64,000 nt of DNA from a virus (IMGVR_UViG_2913091994_000006:4043-68042), one strand, 5' to 3'. Numbered from the stretch's first letter, positions 35,237 through 46,222 are shown. Program-made: numbers and translations. Notes: generated by a model from the sequence alone, not told the origin.

Positions 35237-36335
35237 ACGTCTGCTGGATGAGTCCATCGCCCACGCGCTGTATCTGTCGCGGTACTCGACGGGAACCGCA
35301 AAAAAAATGGTTAAGTTGCTCAATGACAGTGACAAAGAGCTTTCTGCTCGGTTGCTTGTAGCCCTGGAAGATGCTGACGCCGACAGTTTAACGGTTCAGC
35401 GACTTAATACCCTGTTGCGGGACGTCCGTAAGTTTAACAGCCAGGCCGTTGAGCATGTTTTCTCCGCGCTGGGCGATGATTTGCGGGATTATGCGTCGTA
35501 TGAGGCGCAGTATCAGTACGATTTGCTCAGTCATCTGCTGCCGGACATCGTGACGGAGCGCTATCCACTGACGGGACTGTCTCCGCACCAGGTGTATGCG
35601 GCGGCGATGGCCAGACCGTTTCAGGGGCGGTTACTCAGCGAGTGGGCCGACAATATCGCCGATGACCGTATGACCCGTATCAATAATGCCGTCCGGCTGG
35701 GGTATCTCAACGGGGATACCACGGAACAGATTGTTCGGAAAATTCGCGGGAGTCGGGCCAGACAGTATAAGGACGGCATCATTGAGTCCGGGCGACGGAA
35801 TGTTATGGCGGTTGTGAAAACGGCGGTAGGGCATATGGCGGCGGTTGCGCGGGATGATTTTGCCAGTGCCAATGATTCTGTCATTAAGGGTAAACGCTGG
35901 GTGTCCACTCTGGATTTACGCACCACGCCGGGCTGTATTATCCGGGACGGACGGGAATACACCGTCGACAACAAGCCGGTGGGACACCATATTCCCTGGT
36001 TGCAGGGGCCGGGACGTTTGCATTTTTGCTGTCGAAGCGTGTACACCTTCATCACAAAAACATTCCGCGAGATGGGGATTGATATTGACGAAATACCGGA
36101 AGCAACCCGCGCCAGTATGGATGGGCCGGTTCCGGCGAGCACTACTTATGTTGAGTGGATACAACGCCAGTCGCCGGAACGTCAGAAAAAGGTGCTGGGA
36201 GCAATACGGGCAAAGCTGCTTCGGGATGGTGGCATGAAACCGGATGAATTTTTCACCGACAGGGGTGAGTGGATGACGCTGGAAGAGATGAAGGAAACCG
36301 ACTACCAGGCGTTCGCTGATGCAGGCGTCGCCTGA
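35220..36335 (+). CDS. Head morphogenesis protein (SPP1 gp7 / Mu F-like)
   Basis: WVSTLDLRTT..C and LHFCCRS motifs. Confidence 0.85.
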   Translation: MATVNERLLDESIAHALYLSRYSTGTAKKMVKLLNDSDKELSARLLVALEDADADSLTVQRLNTLLRDVRKFNSQAVEHVFSALGDDLRDYASYEAQYQYDLLSHLLPDIVTERYPLTGLSPHQVYAAAMARPFQGRLLSEWADNIADDRMTRINNAVRLGYLNGDTTEQIVRKIRGSRARQYKDGIIESGRRNVMAVVKTAVGHMAAVARDDFASANDSVIKGKRWVSTLDLRTTPGCIIRDGREYTVDNKPVGHHIPWLQGPGRLHFCCRSVYTFITKTFREMGIDIDEIPEATRASMDGPVPASTTYVEWIQRQSPERQKKVLGAIRAKLLRDGGMKPDEFFTDRGEWMTLEEMKETDYQAFADAGVA

Positions 36336-36418
36336 CAAACGAATGATATTTACCACGGGCTGCCATATGGCGGCCTTTTTTATTTACTGCGATCGGGGAT
36401 CGCGCCATCACAACGGGG

Positions 36419-37138
36419 TTGATGATGAAACTGAAATTCAGGATCACAAAAGAAGAGTTTGACGCGTTAACGGAAGAACAACAGGCGCTATACGGAGAAT
36501 CTGGCGAGGGCTATCAGATTGCCATTGAAGGAATACCGGATACATCAGCACTGGATGGGTTGAAGTTGAAAGTCGAGGAGCTGCTGTCAGAGAAAAAAGC
36601 CGAGCAGAAGAAACGCGAAGAGGCTGAAGCCGAAGCCGAAAAAGAGCGACTGGAGAAACTGAAGAAATCCGGTGACATCGAGTCGCTCGAAAAATCCTGG
36701 CAGGAAAAGCTGGAAAAGGCCGAACAGGACAGCAGGGCGAAAATCGATGCGCTGAACACCTCCATTCACAAAATGCTGGTCGATAACGTGGCGCTGGATT
36801 TAGCCACCTCACTGTGTGGTGAAGCGGCTCCTGTCATTCTTCCACATCTCAAAACGCGTCTGACCGTGGAGACCGATTCTGACGGCAACCCGGTAACGCG
36901 TGTGGTGGATAGCGCCGGGAAACTCAGCGCGGCGTCACTGGACGATCTGAAAAAAGAGTTTACCGAGAACAAACTGTTCTCAGCACTGATTATTGATTCA
37001 AAAGCCAGCGGAACCGGGGGTGACGGTGGTGAAAAGAAACCTGACGCCGGGGGCGAAAGGCAGAAGAAAACAACCGTGGCGGGCGATCCGATGGTGGATG
37101 CTGCCCGTGAAATTATTGGTAATATGAATAAGGATTAA
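36419..37138 (+). CDS. Capsid scaffolding protein
   Basis: Charged coiled coil, ASGTGG tail, upstream of the capsid gene. Confidence 0.75.
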   Translation: MMMKLKFRITKEEFDALTEEQQALYGESGEGYQIAIEGIPDTSALDGLKLKVEELLSEKKAEQKKREEAEAEAEKERLEKLKKSGDIESLEKSWQEKLEKAEQDSRAKIDALNTSIHKMLVDNVALDLATSLCGEAAPVILPHLKTRLTVETDSDGNPVTRVVDSAGKLSAASLDDLKKEFTENKLFSALIIDSKASGTGGDGGEKKPDAGGERQKKTTVAGDPMVDAAREIIGNMNKD

Positions 37139-37143
37139 CCTCC

Positions 37144-38121
37144 ATGAGTTTAGTTATTTTTGAAACCCAGGTCTCCACGGCGGCAACGGAGCTTATTAAC
37201 CAGAAGGTGCAGGAGTTCAACGCCGCTTCCGGTGGTTCTCTGGTGCTCGGCAATGGCGATCACATCGGTGATTACATCGAGAGAACAAGCTGGCAACTGA
37301 TTGGCGGGCTGGCACAACGCCGTAACGCCTACGGCTCCGGAACGCTGACGCCGCAGGAGCTGGGGCAAATCCTCGACCGCATGGTGAAAATCGACGGTCG
37401 CGTGGGTCCAATCACTGTGACGCCGACCATGATGAAACGTCTGGGTAAGGATGTTGCGGAAGCCGCTGCTGTTGTTGCTGCACAGGCTGCAACCGCCATG
37501 ATTCAGGATTACCTGAATACTGTGGGTTCTGCCCTGAAAACAGCCATTTCCACCAACAAAAAGGCGGTAACGGACCTGTCAGGTGCGAAAAACAGCCCGA
37601 CCTCGCCGTCGCTGCGTGGGCTGAACAAAGGCACCCGCCCGTTTGGTGATGCTTATTCCCGTCTGATAGCCTGGGTGATGACCGGCGCGGCATTCAATGA
37701 TTTCACTGACGAATCGCTGAACAACGCCGAGCGCCTTTTCCAGATCGGCAACGTCACCATCAAGCAGGACAGCATGGGGCGTCGTTTTGTCATTTCTGAC
37801 ATCCCGGCACTGATGGATGGCAATCTCCAGCATATTCTCGGACTGACGCTGGGAGCCGGGGCAGTTCAGACCGCGCCGCTGAGCATGAAGGCGCAGGATG
37901 TGCTGGGGCAGGAAAACCTTAAGGCGTTGATGCAGGGTGAGTACGACTTCACTATCGGTATCAAAGGCTACCAGTGGGCAACGGACAAGATTAAGTCACC
38001 GACCAATGATCAGATTTCCGCCGCCGCAAACTGGAGCCAGATTGCAACGGATGTGAAGGACACGGCGGGCGTTATCGTCACGTTTGGAGAAAGAGCCGCG
38101 GCGTCATCCGCTTCAGCATAA
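37144..38121 (+). CDS. Major capsid protein
   Basis: FNAASGG..L and KDTAGV motifs; position; followed by a terminator hairpin. Confidence 0.85.
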   Translation: MSLVIFETQVSTAATELINQKVQEFNAASGGSLVLGNGDHIGDYIERTSWQLIGGLAQRRNAYGSGTLTPQELGQILDRMVKIDGRVGPITVTPTMMKRLGKDVAEAAAVVAAQAATAMIQDYLNTVGSALKTAISTNKKAVTDLSGAKNSPTSPSLRGLNKGTRPFGDAYSRLIAWVMTGAAFNDFTDESLNNAERLFQIGNVTIKQDSMGRRFVISDIPALMDGNLQHILGLTLGAGAVQTAPLSMKAQDVLGQENLKALMQGEYDFTIGIKGYQWATDKIKSPTNDQISAAANWSQIATDVKDTAGVIVTFGERAAASSASA

Positions 38122-38164
38122 CAATAAGGGGAGCTTCGGCTCCCTTTTGTTTCAGGAGGCTATT

Positions 38165-38653
38165 TTGCTTGTAACCGATCTGACGTCAGACAGTGCCGAC
38201 AGCTATGCCGGGGTGGGCGATCTTCGTCATTATGCCGGGCTGCGGGGCTACTCAGTCCCGGAGGATGACGCATCCTGTGAAACACTTCTTATTAAAGCAA
38301 TGGACTATCTTGCCGGTATGCCCTGGTGTGGAGAAAAGGCAGAGCGGGGGCAACCGCTGGACTGGCCGAGACGTGACGTTTGCGTGGATGGTGCCATCCT
38401 GCAGGATGGGTTGTTACCAAAACGGGTTGTTGATGCACAGTGTCGCCTGGCGGTGGAAGCACAGTCAGTTGATTTACAGCCCACGCTCAATGGTGAAGCC
38501 GACATTCTCAGTGAGAGCATCGCGGGGGCCGTTGCGGTCACTTACGATCCTGATTCGGCGGGAACACCACCATCATTTCCGTGGCTTGATACCATTTTGC
38601 GGGGACTGGTTGAAAATGGCGACGGGATCAATTTTGACGTTATGCGGGGGTAA
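38165..38653 (+). CDS. Head-tail adaptor (DnaT-like annotation)
   Basis: ADSY, LIKAMDYL, QPLDWPR; TTG start after GGAGG. Confidence 0.75.
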   Translation: MLVTDLTSDSADSYAGVGDLRHYAGLRGYSVPEDDASCETLLIKAMDYLAGMPWCGEKAERGQPLDWPRRDVCVDGAILQDGLLPKRVVDAQCRLAVEAQSVDLQPTLNGEADILSESIAGAVAVTYDPDSAGTPPSFPWLDTILRGLVENGDGINFDVMRG

Positions 38654-38655
38654 TT

Positions 38656-39039
38656 ATGCCGTATGACTATTCACGGCTGAAAAATAGGGGTGCGGCGCTG
38701 ATAAAAAAATACGGATATTCGCTGTCGCTGGTGCGTCCGGCGAAATCCGGTATTGATCCGGCGACGGGCGACAGACTGTCTGACGCAGAACAGCAGATAT
38801 TCAGCGTAAACGGCATTGATCAGCAATACAAACAGTCTGAGGTTGACGGGACGCTGATACAGACAGACGATAAAAAAATACTGCTTACCGCTGAAACCGC
38901 GCCGGAGCAGGGAGATTATCTTACAGATGGTCTTTCCCGGTGGGACATTATCACCATCACGCCTGTAAAACCGGCAAACGATGTTCTTCTGTACTCACTA
39001 CAGGTGAGGCTGGGAGGTCAGAATGGGGTTCGCGGATAA
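38656..39039 (+). CDS. Head closure protein
   Basis: Position; DGTLIQTDDKK..YSLQVR. Confidence 0.65.
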   Translation: MPYDYSRLKNRGAALIKKYGYSLSLVRPAKSGIDPATGDRLSDAEQQIFSVNGIDQQYKQSEVDGTLIQTDDKKILLTAETAPEQGDYLTDGLSRWDIITITPVKPANDVLLYSLQVRLGGQNGVRG

Positions 39040-39478
39040 AATTCACCAGTTTTCCGTTGACGTGCCTGAGCAACTTTCCGGTACATCCAAAAAAATCGCC
39101 ATCGATTTCTTTTCTGGTGTGATCCGGGACACGCCGGTTGATACCGGGCGTCTGCGGGGAAACTGGCAGTGTACAAGAGGAGAACCAGCATCCGGCGAAC
39201 TTGATGTAACTGATAAGTCGGGGCAGGAAACCATCAACAAAATGGTTCAGACGGTGGATTCTGCGAAGGGTGACTTTGTGGCGTATCTCACCAATAACCT
39301 TGCGTATGCGGCGGTGGCGGAGTTTGGCCTGTGGAAGGATAAAGACGGCAAGCCTGCTAACGGACCAAAGACCACACACGGCTACTCAATACAGGCCCCT
39401 TCCGGTATGGTCGGGCTGAATGTGTCACGTATTAACATTTATATAAAACAGGCTATAGCGGAGATGAAAAGGCCATGA
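39023..39478 (+). CDS. HK97 gp10-like neck protein
   Basis: TPVDTGRLRGNW, NNLAYA, QAPSGMV. Confidence 0.8.
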   Translation: MGFADKIHQFSVDVPEQLSGTSKKIAIDFFSGVIRDTPVDTGRLRGNWQCTRGEPASGELDVTDKSGQETINKMVQTVDSAKGDFVAYLTNNLAYAAVAEFGLWKDKDGKPANGPKTTHGYSIQAPSGMVGLNVSRINIYIKQAIAEMKRP

Positions 39479-39885
39479 AAGACATCTCCACTGCACTGCG
39501 CACCCGTATGCAGGAGGCCGCAGTATCGCTTAATCTTCCTGTGGCCTGGCCGCTGGAGGACTTCACCCCGCCGGATGGCGACTGGCTCGAATTTATCTTT
39601 CGCCCGGCGTCTGATACACCACTGTCGCAGGGACCGGGGGGACTGAACACTATCTCGGGTTTTATCAGGATAACCGTTCACTGTAAGCATCGTGAGGGCG
39701 TCAGTTCAGACGCCCTTTTTTATGGCGACAGACTGAGAACCTTTTTCACCTCCGGCGTGACGCTCGACTGTAATGAGACGCGTGTCACCCTCAAAAACCG
39801 TGACTACAACGGTCCGTTACCCGTCGCGGGTCATGTTGCCTGGATACTGACCGTCTACTGGTCATCTTACGAATTACGGAGTTAA
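39475..39885 (+). CDS. Tail terminator
   Basis: Position before the tube gene. Confidence 0.65.
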   Translation: MKDISTALRTRMQEAAVSLNLPVAWPLEDFTPPDGDWLEFIFRPASDTPLSQGPGGLNTISGFIRITVHCKHREGVSSDALFYGDRLRTFFTSGVTLDCNETRVTLKNRDYNGPLPVAGHVAWILTVYWSSYELRS

Positions 39886-39889
39886 TGCT

Positions 39890-40867
39890 ATGACAGCACC
39901 GATTGTGGCCAGCTCAAAGCAGGTCAGCTACTACTATGTACCGGAAATGACCGAAGGGGAAACCCCCGCAAATCCGGCTTTTATTCGCATACCCAAAAAG
40001 CCAGGAGAATTAACCCTGAAACGGGAGACGTTCACGTCTGAACAGATACGCGGAGACCGCCAGACAGCGACGCTGGGCTATGGCGCGGAAAGTGTCGACG
40101 GTACGCTTGAAACCGAGTTTGCCTTTGCTGACTTTGATTTCCTGCTTCAGGCGGCATTGTGTAATGACTGGCAGAACGATGTACTGAAGGTCGGGCAGGT
40201 GAAAAAGCCGTTCACCGTTGAGCGCGTACAGAATGACCTCAAAAAATACCGTCGTTTTACCGGTTGCCTGGTGAACTCTTTAGATTTGAGCGTTGCCCCT
40301 AACGCCATCGTTACCGCCAGTTTTGCGCTGATGGGAGCGACCGCGACCTATGGCGACGCCGTGCTTTCAGGGGCCACTTACAAAGAGCTGGCCAATAACG
40401 ATCCGTTCGACTCAACGGGCGAGAATGTGGCGCTGAAAGCGCAACTGAAAATCAACGGCAAGTCCAGCAACGTAGTCACTTCCATCAGCCTGAAACTGGA
40501 TAACGGCGTTGCGCAGGCTCACGTCGTCGGTCAGCGGGCAGTTGCGACAACCGGGCTGGGTAATTCTTCCGTCACTGGTTCGCTGGCGTTTCTGTATACA
40601 GGCGATGATATTTCCGATTTGTTTATCAACCGCGAGGACGTGTCGCTGGAGTTCACACTCAGCGGGAAAGGCGGTTCATACACTTTCCTGTTGCCGCGCA
40701 TCAAACTGACCAGTGAGTCTCCCGGCGAGCAGGATGTCTTCACCATCATTAACTCCGATTTTCAGGCACTGCTTGACCCGGCAACCGGAACCAACCTGCA
40801 AATCACCCGTAAGGCCGATACTCCGTCTCAGACCGCACATAATGACATTCCATCAGTACAAGGATAA
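39890..40867 (+). CDS. Major tail tube protein
   Basis: E.T.G.TP..P, SEQIRGDRQ, FTGCLVNSL. Confidence 0.8.
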   Translation: MTAPIVASSKQVSYYYVPEMTEGETPANPAFIRIPKKPGELTLKRETFTSEQIRGDRQTATLGYGAESVDGTLETEFAFADFDFLLQAALCNDWQNDVLKVGQVKKPFTVERVQNDLKKYRRFTGCLVNSLDLSVAPNAIVTASFALMGATATYGDAVLSGATYKELANNDPFDSTGENVALKAQLKINGKSSNVVTSISLKLDNGVAQAHVVGQRAVATTGLGNSSVTGSLAFLYTGDDISDLFINREDVSLEFTLSGKGGSYTFLLPRIKLTSESPGEQDVFTIINSDFQALLDPATGTNLQITRKADTPSQTAHNDIPSVQG

Positions 40868-40873
40868 TACCCG

Positions 40874-41275
40874 ATGAAAATTTCTGATTTTGCCACCCGT
40901 CAACGTGCCAACCAGGGCGAAAAAATGTTTCTGTCCCTGCCGGACGGTACTAAAACAGAAGAATACCTGATTGTGCGTGGTGTGGATTCTGACGCCTACA
41001 ACCAGGCACGCAGTGAAGCCAGTCGTCGGGTGTTCTCGCTGAAAGAAGATGACGATCCGTCTCCGGTCGTGGAAGAAAACCGCTTCAATCTTATGACGAG
41101 TCTCGTTGCCGGATGGTCGCTGGAGGAAGAGTTCAGCGAAGCGAACCTCCGCGATCTGCTGAAAGAATGCCCGCAGATTGGCGACCAGATTAACCAGTTT
41201 GCGGCGAACCGCGCGGAGTTTTTCAGAAAAAAGCCGGAGAAATCCTCGACTACGGCAGATACCAGAAAAAGCTGA
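40874..41275 (+). CDS. Tail assembly chaperone G
   Basis: Between tube and tape-measure genes. Confidence 0.8.
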   Translation: MKISDFATRQRANQGEKMFLSLPDGTKTEEYLIVRGVDSDAYNQARSEASRRVFSLKEDDDPSPVVEENRFNLMTSLVAGWSLEEEFSEANLRDLLKECPQIGDQINQFAANRAEFFRKKPEKSSTTADTRKS

Positions 41276-41544
41276 GTAAAAAACAAAAGGACGGAAAAAC
41301 GCTGGGGGAACACTGCCAGCAGGCCGTGAAAGCCGGAATAACGCCGGATATTCTCATCAACGCCCCGACATTACCCGCCGGGGCAGAATATCTGTGGGAA
41401 TGGTTTATCACCCTGACGCGTGGAAGTGCTGGAGAAGTGACGTACAGTGAGATAAAAGCCTGGTCAGAACTGACGGGAATCATCCCCACGGCTGATGAGG
41501 TGGGGGTGATTGTTGATCTGGCGGTGATATTTGCTGAAGTCTGA
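41227..41544 (+). CDS. -1 frameshift extension (GT) of the tail chaperone
   Basis: In-phase A AAA AAG slippery site at 41227-41233; -1 frame open to 41544. Confidence 0.75.
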   Translation, partial: KKAGEILDYGRYQKKLSKKQKDGKTLGEHCQQAVKAGITPDILINAPTLPAGAEYLWEWFITLTRGSAGEVTYSEIKAWSELTGIIPTADEVGVIVDLAVIFAEV

Positions 41545-41835
41545 TCACGCTGCCGTCGAGTGAAGTTTCAGACCAAGCGCCTTAACGACTTTCAGAATGG
41601 TGCCAAACTCAGGATTGCCGCTACCAGAAAGGGCTCGATACAGACTCTCACGGGATACACCTGCATCACGGGCAACTTGTGTCATTCCACGGGCGCGGGC
41701 AATGGTGCCAAGCGCTTTTGCGATGAAAGCGGGATCGTCTCCGGCTTCTTCCATGCAGGCGTTCAGATATTCAGCCATATCCTCTTCCGTTTTCAGGTAT
41801 TCCGCTGTATCCCATTGTGCAAATTGTTCAGTCAT
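41545..41835 (-). CDS. Addiction-module antitoxin (HTH)
   Basis: WDTAEYL, IARARGMTQVARDAGVSRESLYRALS..GNPEF. Confidence 0.88.
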   Translation of the reverse strand: MTEQFAQWDTAEYLKTEEDMAEYLNACMEEAGDDPAFIAKALGTIARARGMTQVARDAGVSRESLYRALSGSGNPEFGTILKVVKALGLKLHSTAA

Positions 41836-42136
41836 TTTTTGCCTCTCTCCAGGCCTTAGCGATTTGCTTTGCCTGTTTAATATCTTTTGATTGCGAACTC
41901 TTATCACCGCCACAGAGTAAAACGACAACAACGTTGCCCTGTTGCATGAAATACACCCGATAACCTGGACCGTAGTGGATACGAGCTTCACTGAGTCCAT
42001 CGCCAATGGGTTCTGAATCTCCAAAATTACCCGCCTTCATGCGATCTATTCGGGCAAGCACGCGGGCTTTTGCTCGTGAGTCTTTAAGAGACAACAACCA
42101 GTCAGAAAATGTTTCACTACGGATTATTTCTTTCAT
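41828..42136 (-). CDS. RelE/ParE-family toxin
   Basis: GNFGD, EARIHYGPGYRVYF, LLCGGDKSSQ. Confidence 0.88.
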   Translation of the reverse strand: MKEIIRSETFSDWLLSLKDSRAKARVLARIDRMKAGNFGDSEPIGDGLSEARIHYGPGYRVYFMQQGNVVVVLLCGGDKSSQSKDIKQAKQIAKAWREAKND

Positions 42137-42198
42137 GATTAAATTGTAGCTTATGGGCTACATGGTTGCAATGTTTATCCAGTATCAGGAGCCCGATA

Positions 42199-45100
42199 AT
42201 GGCAGACGAAATCGCCAGCCTTGTTATCAAGGTTGAATCAGGAGGCATCAATAAAGCCACTGACGCACTCAATAACCTGGCAAAATCCGGCCAGCTTGCC
42301 GAGGATGCCGCCGGGTCATTGTCAGATGCATGGGGCGGTCTTGGTAAAAGTGCGCAGACAGCAACCGGCTATCAGGACAGATACGTCCAGAGTGTTAACC
42401 GTTATCTGCGACAGGAAAGGGAGGCGCAGAAGCAGACCCGGTTAACGTCGGAAGAGTGGAATAAGCAGAATGACGCTCTTCAGGAGTTGCTGGGACAGAT
42501 TAACCCACTGATAGGCGCATTCGGGCGACTGGATGAAGCGGAGAAAAAATTACAGGGCTTCCACAAGTCCGGACTGATGGATGCAGGCGATTTTAAGGAC
42601 TACACCGCGCAGATTAATAAAATGCGCGTTGACCTGGAGGCGGCAGCACATGCCCGTACTGAACAGGGGCAGGCCGAAGCCAGAGCAGCACGTGAAGCGG
42701 CTGCGGTTGAGAAAGCTGCCACAGTTGCCAAACAGTCGTTTATCGACAAGCTGAAAACCGAATCCGAAACGCTGGGACTCACGACGCACCAGATGCTGGA
42801 ATATAAAGCGGCACAGCTTGGGGTGACAAAGGAAGCGCAGCCATATATTGCAAAACTGAAAGCCGCAGAAGCCGCTACCGGTTCGCTGGGGCTGAAATCG
42901 GCAATGGCCCGTCGTGAGTTGGGTGTGCTGATTGGTGAACTGGCGCGCGGAAACTTTGGTCAGTTGCGTGGCTCAGGTATCACGCTGGCTAACCGTGCCG
43001 GATGGATAGATAAGCTGTTTACGCTTCGGGGGCTGGGTATTGCGGGCGTCATTGGCGGAATTGGCGCCGCTGTCTATGCGCTGGGTAAAGCCTGGTACGA
43101 AGGTTCTCAGGAAGCGGTCGAGTTTAACAAACAGCTTATTCTGACGGGAGGATATGCCGGAAAAACCGCAGGGCAATTGCAGGATATGGCCCGCGCATTA
43201 GCCGGTAATGGAGTCACACAGCACGACGCGGCGGGCGTGCTGGCGCAGGTAGTGGGGAGTGGTGCATTTTCTGGTAGTGATGTAAACATGGTGGCGCGTA
43301 CCGCAGCCAGAATGAAAGAGGTTGTAGGGCAGTCGGTTGATGAGACCATCAGGCAGTTTAAACGCCTGCAGGATGATCCGGTTAATGCAGCGAAAGAACT
43401 GGATAAAACCCTGCACTTTCTGACCGCCACCCAGCTTGAGCAAATCCGGGTTCTGGGCGAGCAGGGTAGAACTGCCGACGCCGCGAAAATCGCCATGTCC
43501 GCTTATTCGGAAGAAATGAATAATCGGATGAGCGACGTTCACGACAATCTGGGCTGGGTTGAAAGCGCATGGAATGCCGTGGGGGATGCGGCGAAATGGG
43601 CGTGGGACCGTATGCTGGACATTGGCCGCGAAGACACGCTCGATGAAAAAATCGCGAAATTACGAAAAAAAATTAAAGACGGCGGGCAGCGGATAGGCAA
43701 AGCGTTTATTCCTGTAACCCAGCAGGACAGGGATAGACTTGCCGCGCTAGAGGAGGAGGACTTTCAGGAGAAACTGAAGGCCGCGCAGGATCAGGCTGAG
43801 CGTAATTACCAGGAAACGCAGAAGCGCAGGAATAAAGAAAACACCGCGCTTGATCATGATAACGAAACGGAGGAGATGCGTCATAAGAATAAGATTGACT
43901 GGATTAAGTCACAGGAATATGCCGATGCCTCAAAGCGTAATGCCGCACTGGAACGCGAAAACGAACGCCATAAAAAGGCAATGGAACGCCAGACGAAAAA
44001 GCCATCTGCTTACCACGACGACGAAGCCACCCGTCTGTTAACTCAGTACCGCGAAAAACAGTCTAAGTTGCAGGGAGAACTGGACAATTCCCGCCTGTAC
44101 AGTAACCAGAAACTCACTGAGTCCGAAAAAGAGCTTCTGGCACTGGAAACGCGCATTGCCGGGATGAAGGGAAAAGCTCTTACCGCGGCAGATAAAAGCA
44201 TCCTGGCTCACCAGAAGGAACTGGAAGCGATTCTGGGGATTAATGCGGGAATAGAGAAACAACTCCGTAATCAGGCAGCGTTAAACAAGTTGCAGGAGAA
44301 AGGCGTTCAACTGGCTCAGCAGCACCGGCAACAGCTTGAACAACTCAGGGCTAAAGGTGAATTTGACGTTGCCTCAATGGGAATGGGGAGCAAGAAACGC
44401 CAGCGGGCGCAGGAGGAGTTCAATCTCAAACAGCAGTTTGCCAATGAGATGAAGGAAATCGATCGCGTTACTCAGCGTGATGGCACTTATGGTTCCCAGG
44501 AATATTTTGCACTGGCAGCCGAAAATGCTGCTTCTCTTAACGAGCAACTGGTTCAGATGAAGCAGAACTACGAGAATATTGATGCGGCGCAGGGGGACTG
44601 GGTAAACGGCTTTTCAGCAGCATACCAGGATTTCATGGCTCAGGGTGCCGATGTTGCGGGAATGACAAAGCAGGTATTCAGTAACGCCTTTAATGGTATG
44701 ACTGACGCGCTGACGCAGTTTGCACTGACAGGCAAAATGAATTTCAAAAGCTTTGCTGTTTCGGTGCTGACTGACCTGGCAAAAATGGAAGCTCGTATAG
44801 CCACCTCAAAAGCGTTAGGTATGCTGATGAACTGGGGAATGAGTGCTATGGGTATTGGCGCGGCGGGCGCAGCAGGAGGCAGTACACCTTCGGGGGCGTA
44901 TGAATCAGCCGCAGCCGGCCTTCAATTTGCTAAAGGTGGTGCTGTTTCATCACCAGACCTCAGCATGTACAGCGGTCAGATCCTGACTCAGCCGACATTC
45001 TTCAAATTTGCCCGTGGCGGTGGCGTTGCCGGAGAAGCGGGGCCTGAAGCCATTCTCCCGTTGGCCCGTGACAGTCGCGGCTATATGGGCGTGCGTCTTG

Positions 45101-45312
45101 CTGATAAAGGCGGAAAGCAGCAACTTCCCCCGATTCAGATCACCGTGACGCAGCATATTGACCAGCGCGGAACGGACCAGAATGACCAGGCGGCCGCGAA
45201 GCGTAATAACCTGCAACTGGCAAAAATGTTGAGTGATATGGTTGAAACGAAGATTAATAGCGCTATCGATAACGAAATGCGGCCAGGTGGAAAACTGGCA
45301 ATGGTGCGCTGA
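42199..45312 (+). CDS. Tail tape measure protein (lambda H-like)
   Basis: 1037 aa helical, Ala-rich; C-terminal FAKGG..GEAGPEAILPL..RPGG. Confidence 0.92.
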   Translation: MADEIASLVIKVESGGINKATDALNNLAKSGQLAEDAAGSLSDAWGGLGKSAQTATGYQDRYVQSVNRYLRQEREAQKQTRLTSEEWNKQNDALQELLGQINPLIGAFGRLDEAEKKLQGFHKSGLMDAGDFKDYTAQINKMRVDLEAAAHARTEQGQAEARAAREAAAVEKAATVAKQSFIDKLKTESETLGLTTHQMLEYKAAQLGVTKEAQPYIAKLKAAEAATGSLGLKSAMARRELGVLIGELARGNFGQLRGSGITLANRAGWIDKLFTLRGLGIAGVIGGIGAAVYALGKAWYEGSQEAVEFNKQLILTGGYAGKTAGQLQDMARALAGNGVTQHDAAGVLAQVVGSGAFSGSDVNMVARTAARMKEVVGQSVDETIRQFKRLQDDPVNAAKELDKTLHFLTATQLEQIRVLGEQGRTADAAKIAMSAYSEEMNNRMSDVHDNLGWVESAWNAVGDAAKWAWDRMLDIGREDTLDEKIAKLRKKIKDGGQRIGKAFIPVTQQDRDRLAALEEEDFQEKLKAAQDQAERNYQETQKRRNKENTALDHDNETEEMRHKNKIDWIKSQEYADASKRNAALERENERHKKAMERQTKKPSAYHDDEATRLLTQYREKQSKLQGELDNSRLYSNQKLTESEKELLALETRIAGMKGKALTAADKSILAHQKELEAILGINAGIEKQLRNQAALNKLQEKGVQLAQQHRQQLEQLRAKGEFDVASMGMGSKKRQRAQEEFNLKQQFANEMKEIDRVTQRDGTYGSQEYFALAAENAASLNEQLVQMKQNYENIDAAQGDWVNGFSAAYQDFMAQGADVAGMTKQVFSNAFNGMTDALTQFALTGKMNFKSFAVSVLTDLAKMEARIATSKALGMLMNWGMSAMGIGAAGAAGGSTPSGAYESAAAGLQFAKGGAVSSPDLSMYSGQILTQPTFFKFARGGGVAGEAGPEAILPLARDSRGYMGVRLADKGGKQQLPPIQITVTQHIDQRGTDQNDQAAAKRNNLQLAKMLSDMVETKINSAIDNEMRPGGKLAMVR

Positions 45313-45370
45313 TATTGATCACCAGCGCACCTGTTTTTCGGGGGGTGCCAACATTCCATTAGTTAACCCC

Positions 45371-46222
45371 TTACGAACGGGCGCTTATTTTTGCTGCAAC
45401 CCCGTGTTTAGCAGGAATAGCATCTTTGCGTATTGCCATGAAACCAGCGCGATCCTGTAACCATAAAAATGTGTCAATTGTGCCAACAATGACCTCATCA
45501 TCTAGCTTTTTCTGCGAAATGTTACCTGAGCTATCTACTTCAATAAGCAGGCGATCGCCGCGCTTCAGTTCGCCAAAATAGGGAAGGTGGTTTTTTCCCG
45601 TGTTGGTTTTCTGATTTCTGGCTTCACTGGCAATTTTCCTGTGTTCGATTTCCAGATCTTTGAGGTATTCAATGGCTTCAGTTATTTGCTCAGGACTGAG
45701 TTGCTGGATCTGATCAACCCCGAAACGCTGATGAACAAGCTTCCATATGCCAGGATAAGCCTTGCCAAGGTCTGTGGTGATTAAGCGCTCAACGAGCTGG
45801 CGGAGGGGCGTTGTCTGTTTTGATGTGCTAAGATTCGGTCTGGATTTTGTGGTGGCGTTGTTTTTTACGGGAACGTTGAAATAGTTATTTTCAAGATCTT
45901 CAAGTAACATGTCTGCTTCATCGGTATTGAACAGCCGGAGAAGTTTTGTAATACCGCGTTCATTAAGTAATATGAGTTTACCTCCATGAGTAGTTGACGT
46001 CATATTGCCACGAATCATGGTTTTTTTGATTTTTCGGCGTTCTTCTCCCGTCACGTAAAAATAGTGTTCACCTTCAATGAAGTGGGCGCGATATCTGCCG
46101 AAGATCTGACGGATGTACGTAGGTTCTTCACCCATGAGCATTGCTACAAGTTCAGTAGTGAGAACTGGTTCATTATAATAAGTGACAACTTTGAGGGACT
46201 TTACTGAAATGGGGTTACTCAT
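45371..46222 (-). CDS. Antirepressor-like protein (ORF6N plus P22AR-C-like)
   Basis: PVLTTELVA..F..Y..FIEGEHYF; IWKLVHQRFGV..I..L. Confidence 0.75.
   Translation of the reverse strand: MSNPISVKSLKVVTYYNEPVLTTELVAMLMGEEPTYIRQIFGRYRAHFIEGEHYFYVTGEERRKIKKTMIRGNMTSTTHGGKLILLNERGITKLLRLFNTDEADMLLEDLENNYFNVPVKNNATTKSRPNLSTSKQTTPLRQLVERLITTDLGKAYPGIWKLVHQRFGVDQIQQLSPEQITEAIEYLKDLEIEHRKIASEARNQKTNTGKNHLPYFGELKRGDRLLIEVDSSGNISQKKLDDEVIVGTIDTFLWLQDRAGFMAIRKDAIPAKHGVAAKISARS

Noticed and set aside
41227-41233. Tail chaperone -1 frameshift as a novelty
   Set aside because: Well-established feature of long-tailed phages; listed as a feature only
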